Assembly (NCBI GenBank): GCA_017616855.1
Contig: JAFZXI010000115.1
Span: 1,412 to 65,411 of the forward strand
Length of the DNA stretch: 64,000 nt
Reading direction: 5' to 3'
Source of the DNA: Clostridia bacterium
GTDB taxonomy: Bacteria > Bacillota > Clostridia > Oscillospirales > RGIG8002
Part shown: in pieces, positions 8,111-17,314 of the stretch
How the letters are laid out: every line of letters begins with the position of its first letter
How positions within the stretch are numbered: position 1 is the first letter of the stretch
Translations under genes and position numbers: made by a program
The notes under the pieces: model-generated
Database searches by the model: none
Seen by the model: only the letters and a program-made list of their open reading frames with translations
Told to the model about the DNA's origin: nothing

Positions 8111-9922
8111 TTATCCCAGCGAGCTCTGGTTTGCGAGCTTCGCGGCGACGCGGAGTATCTTCAGCGCGTCTGCGACGGTGATGTCGCCGTCGCCGTCAAC
8201 GTCGCCTATCGCGATATCCTCGCCCGTCGCGCTGACGAGTTTAGCCGCGATACGCAGCGCCTTAAGGGCATCGGCGACTGTAATCTCGCCGTCCTTGTCC
8301 AGGTCGCCCTTCATCGCGCTTATCGCCGTTACCGCAGAACCGACGACGGCTATTTCGCCGTTGGAGTTGACCGAAACGAGCACCTCGCGCCCGTCGTCGA
8401 ACACGACGGTCACAATATCGTTGAACGCGAACTCGTCTCCTATAGGAGCGCAGGTAAAAGACGGATAGTATTCGACGCCCGCCTCGAACTTGCCGTTAAA
8501 GGTGGAGTAATAAACTCTGCCGGATAAATAACTTTTAGTATTCCAGCACGAGGATACGATCACGGAATTATACAGGCGCGAGAAGCAATCCGGCGGGTTA
8601 TCCGCGGCGGACTGCCCGACTATCGCGACGGGAGTTCCGCCAACGCGCACGGTGCCTATCTGCTGAACGGTGACGTCTTCCCATATCGCGGTCGCCGTTC
8701 TGTTGCTTGTTACCGTCATGGTGTCGCCGGGGTTATAGTAGACCCTCATCGACATCCAGCACTTGAACTTCTTTCCCTCCGGCGCCTGGAACAGGCACTC
8801 CGGGAAGGTGAACGTTCCGCCGGAAACGACGGGCACGGCGTTCATCGTTCCGCTGCCGTCGATCCCCGCGTCGAAGGTGACGGCGTAATACGAGTTCCCC
8901 GACTCCTTCCAGATCGCGAGGATATCGGTATCGTCGGTAATGGCGGCGTATCCGCCCGCCTCATAACGCTTGCGGTTGACCAGCCAGTAGCTGAATTCAT
9001 ATCCCGCCGGCGGCGTGAAGGCGCATTCAGGCAGTCTTATTGTCGCGTTCTCCGCGACGGTGCAGGAAGGCATTTCGCCGCTGCCCCCGTTCGCGTTGTA
9101 GGTCACGGTGTAGGTCACGGGGAACACATAAAGAGAAAACTTTATGCCGTTACTGTTGGCGTATACCTGCGCCTGCGAAGCGCCTTTTCCGTAAATCGTA
9201 TAAGAGGGGTTGACGCTGCTTCCCAAATATCCCAAAGCGTACTGGCCTATCTTCGTGACGGACGGAGGCACCACGACGCTAAAGAGGTTAGGACACGATA
9301 AAAACGCTTTATCGCCGATCTGACTCAGGCCCATCGGAAACTCAACGCTTCTCAGCCCTGTGTACGCAAACGCAAATTTCCCGATGCCCGTCACGCTCTC
9401 CGGTATAACGACGGAATTGAGCTTGCTGCATCCGTAGAAAAGATACGGCGATATAATCGTAAGGCCTTTCGACAGCGTAACGCTCTCAAGAGCGCGGCAC
9501 TCAAGGAACGCTTCTTTCGAGATCGAGGTAACGCTGTCCGGTATCACGATGCTGCGCAGAGTGTCGGATCTCGCGAACGCGTCAGCGCCGATGGAAGTCA
9601 GACCGTCGGACAGCGTCACCGACTCGGCGGCGGAATAAATAAACGCCATGTCGCCGATATGGGTAACGCCGCTTTCCACGACGATGCGCTTGACGTACTG
9701 CCAATAGTCGGCATACGCCGGAGCGTTGTTGCTGTCATAGTCCGCCATGCGTCCCCCGCCGGAAAGGCCGGGACTTATGGTAAGCGTTGAATCGGAAAGA
9801 GTCCAGATACATTCGCCCGATTCGCCGCCCACGTACAGGGCGGACGAGTTCAGCGGCATGCCCGCGAACAGCGCCGCGATAACGGCGGAAACAAGCAGTA
9901 ATGAAAGGATACGGCGTTTCAT
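8111..9922 (-). CDS. secreted BspA-type leucine-rich-repeat protein with Listeria-Bacteroides-type repeats and C-terminal dockerin
   Basis: Signal peptide MKRRILSLLLVSAVIAALFAG. LRR_5-like units (IPDSVTSISKEAFLECRALESVTLSKGLTII...). YTVTYNANGGSGEMP.. / FTPPAGYEFSYW repeats. C-terminus GDLDKDGEITVADALKALRIAAKL...GDVDGDGDITVADALKILRVAAKL. Confidence 0.85.
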   Translation of the reverse strand: MKRRILSLLLVSAVIAALFAGMPLNSSALYVGGESGECIWTLSDSTLTISPGLSGGGRMADYDSNNAPAYADYWQYVKRIVVESGVTHIGDMAFIYSAAESVTLSDGLTSIGADAFARSDTLRSIVIPDSVTSISKEAFLECRALESVTLSKGLTIISPYLFYGCSKLNSVVIPESVTGIGKFAFAYTGLRSVEFPMGLSQIGDKAFLSCPNLFSVVVPPSVTKIGQYALGYLGSSVNPSYTIYGKGASQAQVYANSNGIKFSLYVFPVTYTVTYNANGGSGEMPSCTVAENATIRLPECAFTPPAGYEFSYWLVNRKRYEAGGYAAITDDTDILAIWKESGNSYYAVTFDAGIDGSGTMNAVPVVSGGTFTFPECLFQAPEGKKFKCWMSMRVYYNPGDTMTVTSNRTATAIWEDVTVQQIGTVRVGGTPVAIVGQSAADNPPDCFSRLYNSVIVSSCWNTKSYLSGRVYYSTFNGKFEAGVEYYPSFTCAPIGDEFAFNDIVTVVFDDGREVLVSVNSNGEIAVVGSAVTAISAMKGDLDKDGEITVADALKALRIAAKLVSATGEDIAIGDVDGDGDITVADALKILRVAAKLANQSSLG

Positions 9923-9980
9923 ATAATCGACTCCTTTGAAAGTGAGATTATGCTGAAGGTGTGGGCAATTCGCGCCTTGG

Positions 9981-10202
9981 CTCCCTCTGAGGAGGGAGCT
10001 GTCGAGGGCGGCTGAAAGCCGTCCGAGACTGAGGGAGAGATAACGCTGAGCCGCGCTTTGCAGGTGCGTTATTTCGGAGACGGCTAATTGTCCTTTTTGC
10101 GTCTACGGCACGAAGTATATGCAGAGGGAGAATCGACGTTATCTCTCCCTCCGTCTTGCCGTCGCTTTGCTCCGTCAATCCACCTCCCTCCTCAGAGGGA
10201 GG
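9981..10202. repeat. long imperfect inverted-repeat element built from host repeat modules
   Basis: Left arm CTCCCTCTGAGGAGGGAG (9981-9998) ... GAGACTGAGGGAGAGATAACG (10025-10045). Right arm CGTTATCTCTCCCTCCGTCT (10137-10156) ... CCTCCCTCCTCAGAGGGAGG (10183-10202). The GTTATCTCTCCCTCAGTCTC module recurs at 63239. Confidence 0.7.
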
Positions 10203-10223
10203 CAAGCCGCACGGCTGCGTCAC

Positions 10224-13200
10224 TTATCCGAGCGTACTGATATCGGTCAGCTTTGCGGCGACGCGGAGGATTGCCAGCGCGTCGGCGACAGTAACGTGGC
10301 CGTCGCCGTCGATATCGCCTATCTGAACGTGGTCGTAGGTTTCTGTGACGAGCTTTGCAGCGATACGCAGCGCCGCGAGGGCGTCCGCGACCGTTATCTG
10401 CCCGTCGAAGTCAAAGTCGCCGCGCATAAACAGCTTCAGCACGAGGTCGCAGGTGATGCTGCCGTCAACGGTGATGAACTTCGTCGCGAGCGTTTTGTCC
10501 TGCGAGGACGCGATCAGCGTGTAGTTGCCGGGCGCGACGCCGCAGACGGCGTAACTCATGCTGTCTCCGGGGATTGTTATCGAATAGGCGGCATAGTCGG
10601 AGCCGGACTTATAAAGCGAAATGGTAACCGGTTCGGATTGGTCCGTCCTGTTCGTGATGCCGCCGCTTACGTCGCCGCTCTGAGGCGCGTCGACGATGAA
10701 TTTGACGCCGGAGCACCACTCGTAGTAAGGATCCTTCGGCGTTAACCCGCCGTTCAGCGTGTAGATCGTATCGTTATTGAAGCTGTATTCGTCCAGCGGA
10801 GTGAATACCAGGTACGGCGTATACTCGACGCCGGGTTTGAAGGTATCGACGTCGGTCCTCATGGTGATGAGACTGCCCTCCGCGACGTAGGTCCAGTGGT
10901 GGACCGAGACGGTATACTTATCGGGGTTGTTCGACTGGATCGTGGCGTTTATTTCCGCGGGCGTCATTCCCTTGTGCGGTTCGTCGATGGTCGCGCCCGC
11001 GTTCGTTATCGTCGTCTCGGAGTTCGCCGCCATCGTCAGCGCCTCGTAGAAGCCCATCGAGGTCGAGCCCTTGTTCGTCGCGGTCTGGCCGTTTATCTCG
11101 AAGACGGTGTTGCCCTTCTCGAAGGCGTAGCCGGATTTCGGCGCGAAGATTATTACGACCTGATAATCAAAGTCTTTCGTAAACTTCTCGTTCTCGCCTA
11201 TCTCCACCTGAGTCTTGTAATTCTTCCACTCTTCGACGATGACGTCGTATTTCTCCGGCTCGAGCGAAACGGGGTTCATATCCGGGTGTTCGCCCGCGAC
11301 GGGAGCGCCTATCGTGCAGCCGGCGGTCGTCAGCACCTTAGGGTAGGTCCAGTTGATAACGATTGTCATATCGCCGGTGACGTCGATCTTCGTGCCGGGC
11401 ATGAAGCCGTATGTGCCGTCTATAATATACGAATCGAAGGTCAGGCCCGCCGGCGGCTGCGCGGTGCAGTTCGGGAGCGTATACTGCGTGCCGTAAAGCG
11501 CGGTGCCGGGATCCATATCGGTGCGCCCGCCGTTGCGGTCGAAGGTTATCGTGCACATCGCGGGAGTCCAGTAAGGCGTGAAGGTCTCGCTGACATACGG
11601 CGTATACGCAAAACCGGGTCTGTAGTAATACCCTCTGCTGTCGAGCCAGTAGCCGCTGAACTTGCGGCCGGACGGCGGCGTGAAGGTACATTCGGGCAGT
11701 TCGTAATCCACCCAGTTCGGGACGACGACCGACTCCATATAGCCGCTGCCTTCGCCGGGGTCGAAGCTGAGCGTAACAAACTGCTGGACGTAGATCGCGG
11801 TGAACACAAGATCCTGCTTGACGGTGATGGTATCGCCGGGATAATATCTCTCGCCTTCGCAGCGCCAGAAGAGGAACTTCTTATCCTCCGGCGGAATGAA
11901 TACGCAGTTTGGCGCGGTATAGGTGCCGCCCGCGCTGACCGAGACGTCGGGCTTGTCGCCGGTGCCATCGCCCGCGTCGAAATGGATATAATAGCAATCC
12001 GACTTCATGACCCTGATCTGGTTGCTCGAATATATGAGCTTTGTGCCCGCGCTGTCGGAATAAGCGAAGTATTGGTAGATACCCGCGTCGGACGCGCCGA
12101 GGGTGAGATTTGAGCCGGTGTTATTCGACGTTTTGTATATGACGGTGTCGCCGCCGGATGCGGGCGTGAACTTCCAGCAGGAATACTTCGTGCCGCTGGC
12201 GGAGGTGTTGTTATGCTTGAGCGTGACCTTGTCCGAGCCGACGCATCTGACGGCTGTGGTCATGTGATCCATCTCGTCCTGCTCGTCGGTGTTGTAACGG
12301 TCGGTCGTCACCCACTTCGGGCAGTAGACGTCGAATGCGAATTCGGTCTCGTAGCGCGCTCCGCTCGACGGATTCTGAGAGAAGATGTGCAGCGCGAGCT
12401 TGTTCATCGCGCCGGGCTTCAGCATATTCTCGGCGTCGGTGAAACGTACGTACGTCGAGTTGTACTGAGTCAGCGAGAAGGTCACGACGCTGCCGCCGTC
12501 ACCGATGACCGGCACAGAGTAGGAAGACTCGCCGTCACCTTTAACGAGACGCAGCTCGACGGTGTTGTCCATGGTCCTGTCCAGGTCGCGGACGAAAAGC
12601 GTAAGCTGATAGTTGTTCTTGCCGCCGACCGGTCTGCTCCACATATTTGTGAAGGAGGAATACTCGACGAACGGCAGGCTGACGTCCGGCACGTAGACCT
12701 TCTGCGTCAGCTCGCAGAACACGCCGCAAACGTAGGTCGTGCGGCGGTTGAAGGTGATGAAGGGCCTGTATTTCACCGCGTAGGTGTGCCCCTTCTGGAA
12801 GGTGAATCCCGCCGACTGCTCGACGAAAACGCTGTTGTAGCCGGTGCAGAACCAGTTGAGGTCGAAGTCGTCCCTGAAGGTGTTTATCGTCTTGAAGGAC
12901 GCGGGATTGTTGACGTCATAGATCGTCCAGCCGTAGCCGTTGGCGATCATATTGATATAGGTGGACTCATTATAGTAGAGTTCCTGACCGGCATACATAC
13001 CGGCGCCGGCCGGGTAGTAGTAGTTCGGGCTGTCCGCGCGGATGACGCGGGAGCTGTAGGGCGCCCATTCGATCTTGCCCGCGGAGTTGACGGCGGGATC
13101 CTCGAAGTAAACGTTCAGATCCGGCTCGGGAAGCGGCTCGAGAGGGCCGTAGCCGAAGTCGCCGGTCCTGCCCGGCGCGTAGTCGATGACGGTCGTGTCG

Positions 13201-14264
13201 TAATGGAAGACGCCGCCGTTTTCCGCGCCCTTGAAGCACTCGGTCGGGATGTTGACTTTGCCGGGCGATTTGCTCGTATCGTATTCGATGCGGAATTTGG
13301 TGAGCGTCTGGTTCCATCTGTCGCCGACGATTATTCTCGGACTCTTGACCGTGAACGCCGCGCACCAGACCTCGACGACGCCGCCGTTATAGTTGATAAT
13401 ATTCGCGCCGCCGTCGCCGTGGAAGTTGCCGTTATAGATCTTGACGGTCGAGCCGCTGTTTATCTCGAGCGCCGCCTGCTTTTCCCATATCTGGAGTCCC
13501 CAGCCGTTTGAATCCTCGCAGCCGAGGTCCGCGTATCCGATGCCGGTGAAACTGCCGCCGCGGATGATGACGGTGGAGCCGTTTTTCGCGGTCAGCGCGG
13601 TGCCGCTGTCGACGCGCCATGCGTCGCCGTTATAGTCGCTGTCGAGATAGCTGACGTTGCGCCCCTCGCTTTTGGCGACGTAAGCGGCGGCGCAATACAT
13701 CTCTTTCGTATAGCCGGCGATGTAGTTGCCGCCGTTGACCGTCAGGCGTCCGCCGTACTCGGCGATAAGCACCTGCTCGTGGCAATCGTAACTGTTGGTC
13801 TGCCAGTAGTATTCCTCTACGAGCTCGCCGTTGACCTGCATCGTGCCACCGCCGATGGTGTCGTTGATGACCAGTGTGCCGGCGACCGCGAGGATCTTGC
13901 CGTATCCGGCTCCGTCCCAATGATAGTCTAAAGTGCCCCCGATATCGCCGTGAGTGCCTTTACAGTATTTATGAATAAAATGGCCCTTCAGGTCGAGGAC
14001 GATATTTCCGTTGACGGGGATAGCGGTGCTGTAATACTTGTCGTCTCCGATCCAGGAAATGTCGTTGCCGATGTTGACGTAGACCGGCCCCTCGTCTTCG
14101 AGCCGCATGACCGAGTCAAACTCGTCCCAAGTGGTGACTATGTAGGGGTTGGACGCGGTGCCGAGTCCGGTGATCGCGCCCGCCGATATGACGAAGGCGC
14201 CGGGAAGCAGCCCGAGCAGCATCGTCAGCGCGAGAATGACGGAAATGATGCGGGTTCTTTTCAT
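10224..14264 (-). CDS. large secreted repeat protein (beta-helix-like N-region, three Listeria-Bacteroides-type repeats) with C-terminal dockerin
   Basis: Likely start is the MKRTRIISVILALTMLLGLLPGAFVISAGA signal peptide (ATG 14264); the track ORF extends to 14300. Repeats such as YYIHFDAGDGTGDKP...FIPPEDKKFLFW, VTLSFDPGEGSG...FTPPSGRKFSGYW and ITFDRNGGRTDM...PPAGLTFDSY. C-terminus GDFDFDGQITVADALAALRIAAKL...GDIDGDGHVTVADALAILRVAAKL. Confidence 0.85.
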   Translation of the reverse strand: MKRTRIISVILALTMLLGLLPGAFVISAGAITGLGTASNPYIVTTWDEFDSVMRLEDEGPVYVNIGNDISWIGDDKYYSTAIPVNGNIVLDLKGHFIHKYCKGTHGDIGGTLDYHWDGAGYGKILAVAGTLVINDTIGGGTMQVNGELVEEYYWQTNSYDCHEQVLIAEYGGRLTVNGGNYIAGYTKEMYCAAAYVAKSEGRNVSYLDSDYNGDAWRVDSGTALTAKNGSTVIIRGGSFTGIGYADLGCEDSNGWGLQIWEKQAALEINSGSTVKIYNGNFHGDGGANIINYNGGVVEVWCAAFTVKSPRIIVGDRWNQTLTKFRIEYDTSKSPGKVNIPTECFKGAENGGVFHYDTTVIDYAPGRTGDFGYGPLEPLPEPDLNVYFEDPAVNSAGKIEWAPYSSRVIRADSPNYYYPAGAGMYAGQELYYNESTYINMIANGYGWTIYDVNNPASFKTINTFRDDFDLNWFCTGYNSVFVEQSAGFTFQKGHTYAVKYRPFITFNRRTTYVCGVFCELTQKVYVPDVSLPFVEYSSFTNMWSRPVGGKNNYQLTLFVRDLDRTMDNTVELRLVKGDGESSYSVPVIGDGGSVVTFSLTQYNSTYVRFTDAENMLKPGAMNKLALHIFSQNPSSGARYETEFAFDVYCPKWVTTDRYNTDEQDEMDHMTTAVRCVGSDKVTLKHNNTSASGTKYSCWKFTPASGGDTVIYKTSNNTGSNLTLGASDAGIYQYFAYSDSAGTKLIYSSNQIRVMKSDCYYIHFDAGDGTGDKPDVSVSAGGTYTAPNCVFIPPEDKKFLFWRCEGERYYPGDTITVKQDLVFTAIYVQQFVTLSFDPGEGSGYMESVVVPNWVDYELPECTFTPPSGRKFSGYWLDSRGYYYRPGFAYTPYVSETFTPYWTPAMCTITFDRNGGRTDMDPGTALYGTQYTLPNCTAQPPAGLTFDSYIIDGTYGFMPGTKIDVTGDMTIVINWTYPKVLTTAGCTIGAPVAGEHPDMNPVSLEPEKYDVIVEEWKNYKTQVEIGENEKFTKDFDYQVVIIFAPKSGYAFEKGNTVFEINGQTATNKGSTSMGFYEALTMAANSETTITNAGATIDEPHKGMTPAEINATIQSNNPDKYTVSVHHWTYVAEGSLITMRTDVDTFKPGVEYTPYLVFTPLDEYSFNNDTIYTLNGGLTPKDPYYEWCSGVKFIVDAPQSGDVSGGITNRTDQSEPVTISLYKSGSDYAAYSITIPGDSMSYAVCGVAPGNYTLIASSQDKTLATKFITVDGSITCDLVLKLFMRGDFDFDGQITVADALAALRIAAKLVTETYDHVQIGDIDGDGHVTVADALAILRVAAKLTDISTLG

Positions 14265-14339
14265 GGTTGGTTGCCTCTCTTTCGATCGGTTGCGCCGCAC
14301 TCGGCGGTGAATATGGCAGCGAACGCGACGGCGTTCGTC

Positions 14340-16184
14340 TTATACCGCGTACGGGTCTATAGTCCACCAATTAATCAGTTTCGCGGCGACGCGGAGTATC
14401 GCCAGCGCGTCGGCAACGGTGACGTGACCGTCAAGATCGGTGTCGCCTATGCGTATCAGCGCCGGCGTTTCATCGATAAGCTTCGCGGCGATGCGGAGCG
14501 CCTTGAGCGCGTCCGCGACGGTGATTTCGTTATCGTTGTCGAAGTCGCCTATCGGCACGTAGCTGTCATATTTGACCATGAAATCGTCTACCCAGAGGCG
14601 CAGCTTATTCGTTGTATTACCATGCACGATACCGACGCCGACAAGCTCGCCCTTTATGTTATCAGGTAGTTCAACGGTGTATTCGTTCCAGCTGTTGGTC
14701 GCGGTGAACTCCGCGCCCACCTGGTACGTGAAGCCGCCGGGATAGTAATAAACGACTCTGAACTTTTCCGCGTAATCGATCGTATGACTGCCGCGCGCCA
14801 TGAATCTGACGGCGGTCTTGCCCGTCTTCGGCACGTAGAACACCGGCGAAAGAAGCCAGTTATTGGGCGAAAGCTCCTTGCCGTCATGGTAAGACGCGGA
14901 GAATACCGCGCCGTCGCCGCCGTAGGCAAGCGTGTTGAAGGTCGGGTAAGTATACTCGCTGAAGCGACTGTTGCCGTAAGTCCAGTTATAGCCGTCGCCG
15001 TCCATATCTTGTCTGTGCCAGGTGTCGATGAAGGGATCGGCCTCGAAGTTATTACTGATTATAATACCATTATCGCGGACGCAGTCGACGCTGAAATCAT
15101 CGAGATAGAGGCGGTGCATTCCGCGCGTATCGTAATGGTCTATGGCGATCCTGACGCGCTTTCCCCTTTTGGACGCCGGGATATCGCAGGAGTATTTCAC
15201 CCATTCGTTCGTCGCCGTGCGCTTTGACGAAATCTGGAGCGGGATTTTGTCGCCAAGGTATTCGTAAAGGCAGAAAATGAAGTTTTCCGCGTAGTCGTTC
15301 CTATCGCTCCCGCGCGCCCAGACAGTGATCGTCGTGGTTCCGTCGGTCGGCACGGTGAAATACGGGCTGACAAGGCGGTTTGTAGTGTTGAGATCGTTGC
15401 CTTCAGCCCAGGAAGGCGACCAGATTGCGCCGCCGCCGCTGACCGAAAGCGGATCAAGATCGCCGCCGGCGTTCTGCGCCCACGTCCAGTCGTAATCGTC
15501 TTCGTCGAGGTTTACGGTCGTCCATCCGTTCGTGAATGGATCGCTCTCGAAATCGAATCTGTAAACGTTCGTCGGCCCGCCGACGTTGGTTATCGAGAAG
15601 TCGTCGAGCGCGAGCTTGTATACGTCGGAGCAGCCGTAATGCGTTATGACGAACGCGACGCACATTCCGGCGAAGCGGGAAACGTCAACGGTGTATTCCG
15701 CCCAGTCCTCGGTCGTCGTGAAAGTCTGCGAGATCACGCTCGGATAGTAACTCTCATACTTATCCATATAAGCGATGCGGAAGGTTTCCTCGTATGCGTC
15801 CGGCGCGGTGCCGCGCGCCCAGAGGCGCAGCGTTGAGGTGCCGCCGTCGGGAATGTAGATATACGGCGTGACGAGCCAGTTCGCAGGCGTCAGAGGTCCG
15901 TCCGCGTAGGACTCCGAATAGATCGCGCCCTTGCCGTTGCGGACATACACCGATCCTCCGGGCTTGGAGGTGGTGTAGTATTCCCAGTTGTAGCCGTCGC
16001 CGTCATAGTCTCTTGTCCACCAGCCGGCCGCGTACGGATCCGACTCGAAGGTGAAGCTGTAGACGACGCGTTCGGTCGTGTCCGCCTCGGCGGGCGCCGC
16101 GGAAGCGGGGATCAGCGCCGCCGGAAGCATTCCGAGCAGCATTGTCAGCGTGAGGATGACGGAAATAATGCGGGTCTTTTTCAT
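14340..16184 (-). CDS. secreted protein with three tandem ~170-aa adhesin-like modules and C-terminal dockerin
   Basis: Signal peptide MKKTRIISVILTLTMLLGMLPAALIPASA. Three modules each open with F.F(E)(S/A)DP...(G)W...D.DGDGYNW (YSFTFESDPYAAGWWTRDYDGDGYNWEY / YRFDFESDPFTNGWTTVNLDEDDYDWTW / NNFEADPFIDTWHRQDMDGDGYNWTY). These resemble cleaved-adhesin / choice-of-anchor-J domains. Dockerin GDFDNDNEITVADALKALRIAAKL...GDTDLDGHVTVADALAILRVAAKL. Confidence 0.85.
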   Translation of the reverse strand: MKKTRIISVILTLTMLLGMLPAALIPASAAPAEADTTERVVYSFTFESDPYAAGWWTRDYDGDGYNWEYYTTSKPGGSVYVRNGKGAIYSESYADGPLTPANWLVTPYIYIPDGGTSTLRLWARGTAPDAYEETFRIAYMDKYESYYPSVISQTFTTTEDWAEYTVDVSRFAGMCVAFVITHYGCSDVYKLALDDFSITNVGGPTNVYRFDFESDPFTNGWTTVNLDEDDYDWTWAQNAGGDLDPLSVSGGGAIWSPSWAEGNDLNTTNRLVSPYFTVPTDGTTTITVWARGSDRNDYAENFIFCLYEYLGDKIPLQISSKRTATNEWVKYSCDIPASKRGKRVRIAIDHYDTRGMHRLYLDDFSVDCVRDNGIIISNNFEADPFIDTWHRQDMDGDGYNWTYGNSRFSEYTYPTFNTLAYGGDGAVFSASYHDGKELSPNNWLLSPVFYVPKTGKTAVRFMARGSHTIDYAEKFRVVYYYPGGFTYQVGAEFTATNSWNEYTVELPDNIKGELVGVGIVHGNTTNKLRLWVDDFMVKYDSYVPIGDFDNDNEITVADALKALRIAAKLIDETPALIRIGDTDLDGHVTVADALAILRVAAKLINWWTIDPYAV

Positions 16185-16311
16185 GTTTGGTCGCTCCTTT
16201 ATCCTTGAAATCGATATGCTTAAACATACAATAAACAGTTAGATTTATTATATACTTATTTACATTAAATGTCAATAAACGAATTCGGCAGATTACCGCT
16301 TATCCCGCAAT

Positions 16312-16349
16312 AAAAAACGCCGCAGGAATAGCACGGATCCCTGCGGCGT
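16312..16349 (-). terminator. rho-independent terminator
   Basis: On the minus strand: ACGCCGCAGG...CCTGCGGCGT stem followed by TTTTTT, downstream of the 16365 gene. Confidence 0.6.
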
Positions 16350-16364
16350 ATCATTTTTGACAGG

Positions 16365-16616
16365 TCAGTTCCAGATCAGGTCGCGTTTGATGACGAGGAA
16401 AGCGATGATGCCGATAATCAGCAGCGCGAGCAGGATATAGTAAATGCGCGAACGGGCGCGGCGGCGTTCTTCGCGCCGCTTCTCGCGTTTTTCGTCGTCG
16501 GCCTTTACCTCGGCTTTGAACTCTTCGAGCTGTTCCTCTATCGCCTGACGGCGCTCCTCGCGCTCAAGGCGCTCGATCTCTTCCGGAGTCAACCCTTCCT
16601 TATCGGCTTCGTTCAT
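16365..16616 (-). CDS. small charged protein with C-terminal TM anchor (hypothetical)
   Basis: Probable start is the ATG at 16616 (GGGGGTGAG upstream). MNEADKEGLTPEEIERLEREERRQ..., a highly E/K/R-rich stretch, then IYYILLALLIIGIIAFLVI. Confidence 0.5.
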   Translation of the reverse strand: MNEADKEGLTPEEIERLEREERRQAIEEQLEEFKAEVKADDEKREKRREERRRARSRIYYILLALLIIGIIAFLVIKRDLIWN

Positions 16617-16663
16617 ACGCTCACCCCCGTTTGAATCTATTATAGCACGCCGCGGCGCCGAGG

Positions 16664-17314
16664 TCAAGTGAGAATGGCGCGGAGTTTTTCCAGCGCCTTC
16701 TTTTCGCGGCGCGAGACCTGCACCTGCGACATCGAAAGCAGTTTCCCCGTGCTCGACTGCGAAAGCTCGTGGCGGTATCGGAGCAGTATCAGCCGCCGTT
16801 CGAGCGGTTCAAGCATACCGAGCGCGCGGTCGAGGTCGAGCCGAGTCAGCGCGGAATCGGTCTCGTCGTAAGCGCCGAGCGCGGCGTTTTCATCGGCGTC
16901 TATCGAGCAGGTCGGCGCGCAGGCGGTCAGCGCGGACGCGATGCGTTCCGGCGCTTCGCCGAGCGATTCGGCGAGTTCGCAAAGCCGCGCTTCCCTGCCG
17001 GTTTCCTTTTCGATGCGCTCTTTTTCGGCGAGTGCGGCGGCGTTGAGCGCCTTCATCGAGCGCCCCACCTTGACGGCGCCGCCCGCGCGGAAAAGCATGC
17101 GTATTTCGCCAATGATCACCGGCACGGCGTAAGTCGAAAACGCGGTGCCGAGCGTTTCGTCATACCGCGCCGCCGCTTTGAACAGCCCGAGGCAGCCCGC
17201 CTGAAATACGTCGTCGTATTCCGCGCCCCTGTCCTTGAAGCGCACGGCGACGGAACGCACCAGAGCCGTGTTTTCGCGCACGATGCGGTCGTAATCCTTT
17301 TCGGCTGCAATCAT
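16664..17314 (-). CDS. sigF: sporulation sigma factor SigF
   Basis: 216-aa sigma-70 family protein (DDVFQAGCLGLFKAAARYD, YAVPVIIGEIRMLFR, region 4 LSQSSTGKLLSMSQVQVSRREKKALEKLR). Third gene of a spoIIAA-spoIIAB-sigF operon arrangement. Confidence 0.85.
   Translation of the reverse strand: MIAAEKDYDRIVRENTALVRSVAVRFKDRGAEYDDVFQAGCLGLFKAAARYDETLGTAFSTYAVPVIIGEIRMLFRAGGAVKVGRSMKALNAAALAEKERIEKETGREARLCELAESLGEAPERIASALTACAPTCSIDADENAALGAYDETDSALTRLDLDRALGMLEPLERRLILLRYRHELSQSSTGKLLSMSQVQVSRREKKALEKLRAILT

Noticed and set aside
7927-8468. Small ORFs 7927..8181 and 8016..8468 (likewise 38005..38205, 37812..38189, 4091..4345, 9948..10223, 63402..63740)
   Set aside because: They are read-throughs of the intergenic repeat modules or of the antisense of dockerin-coding DNA. 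The same 'peptides' recur wherever the repeat occurs, there are no RBSs, and they overlap convincing genes.
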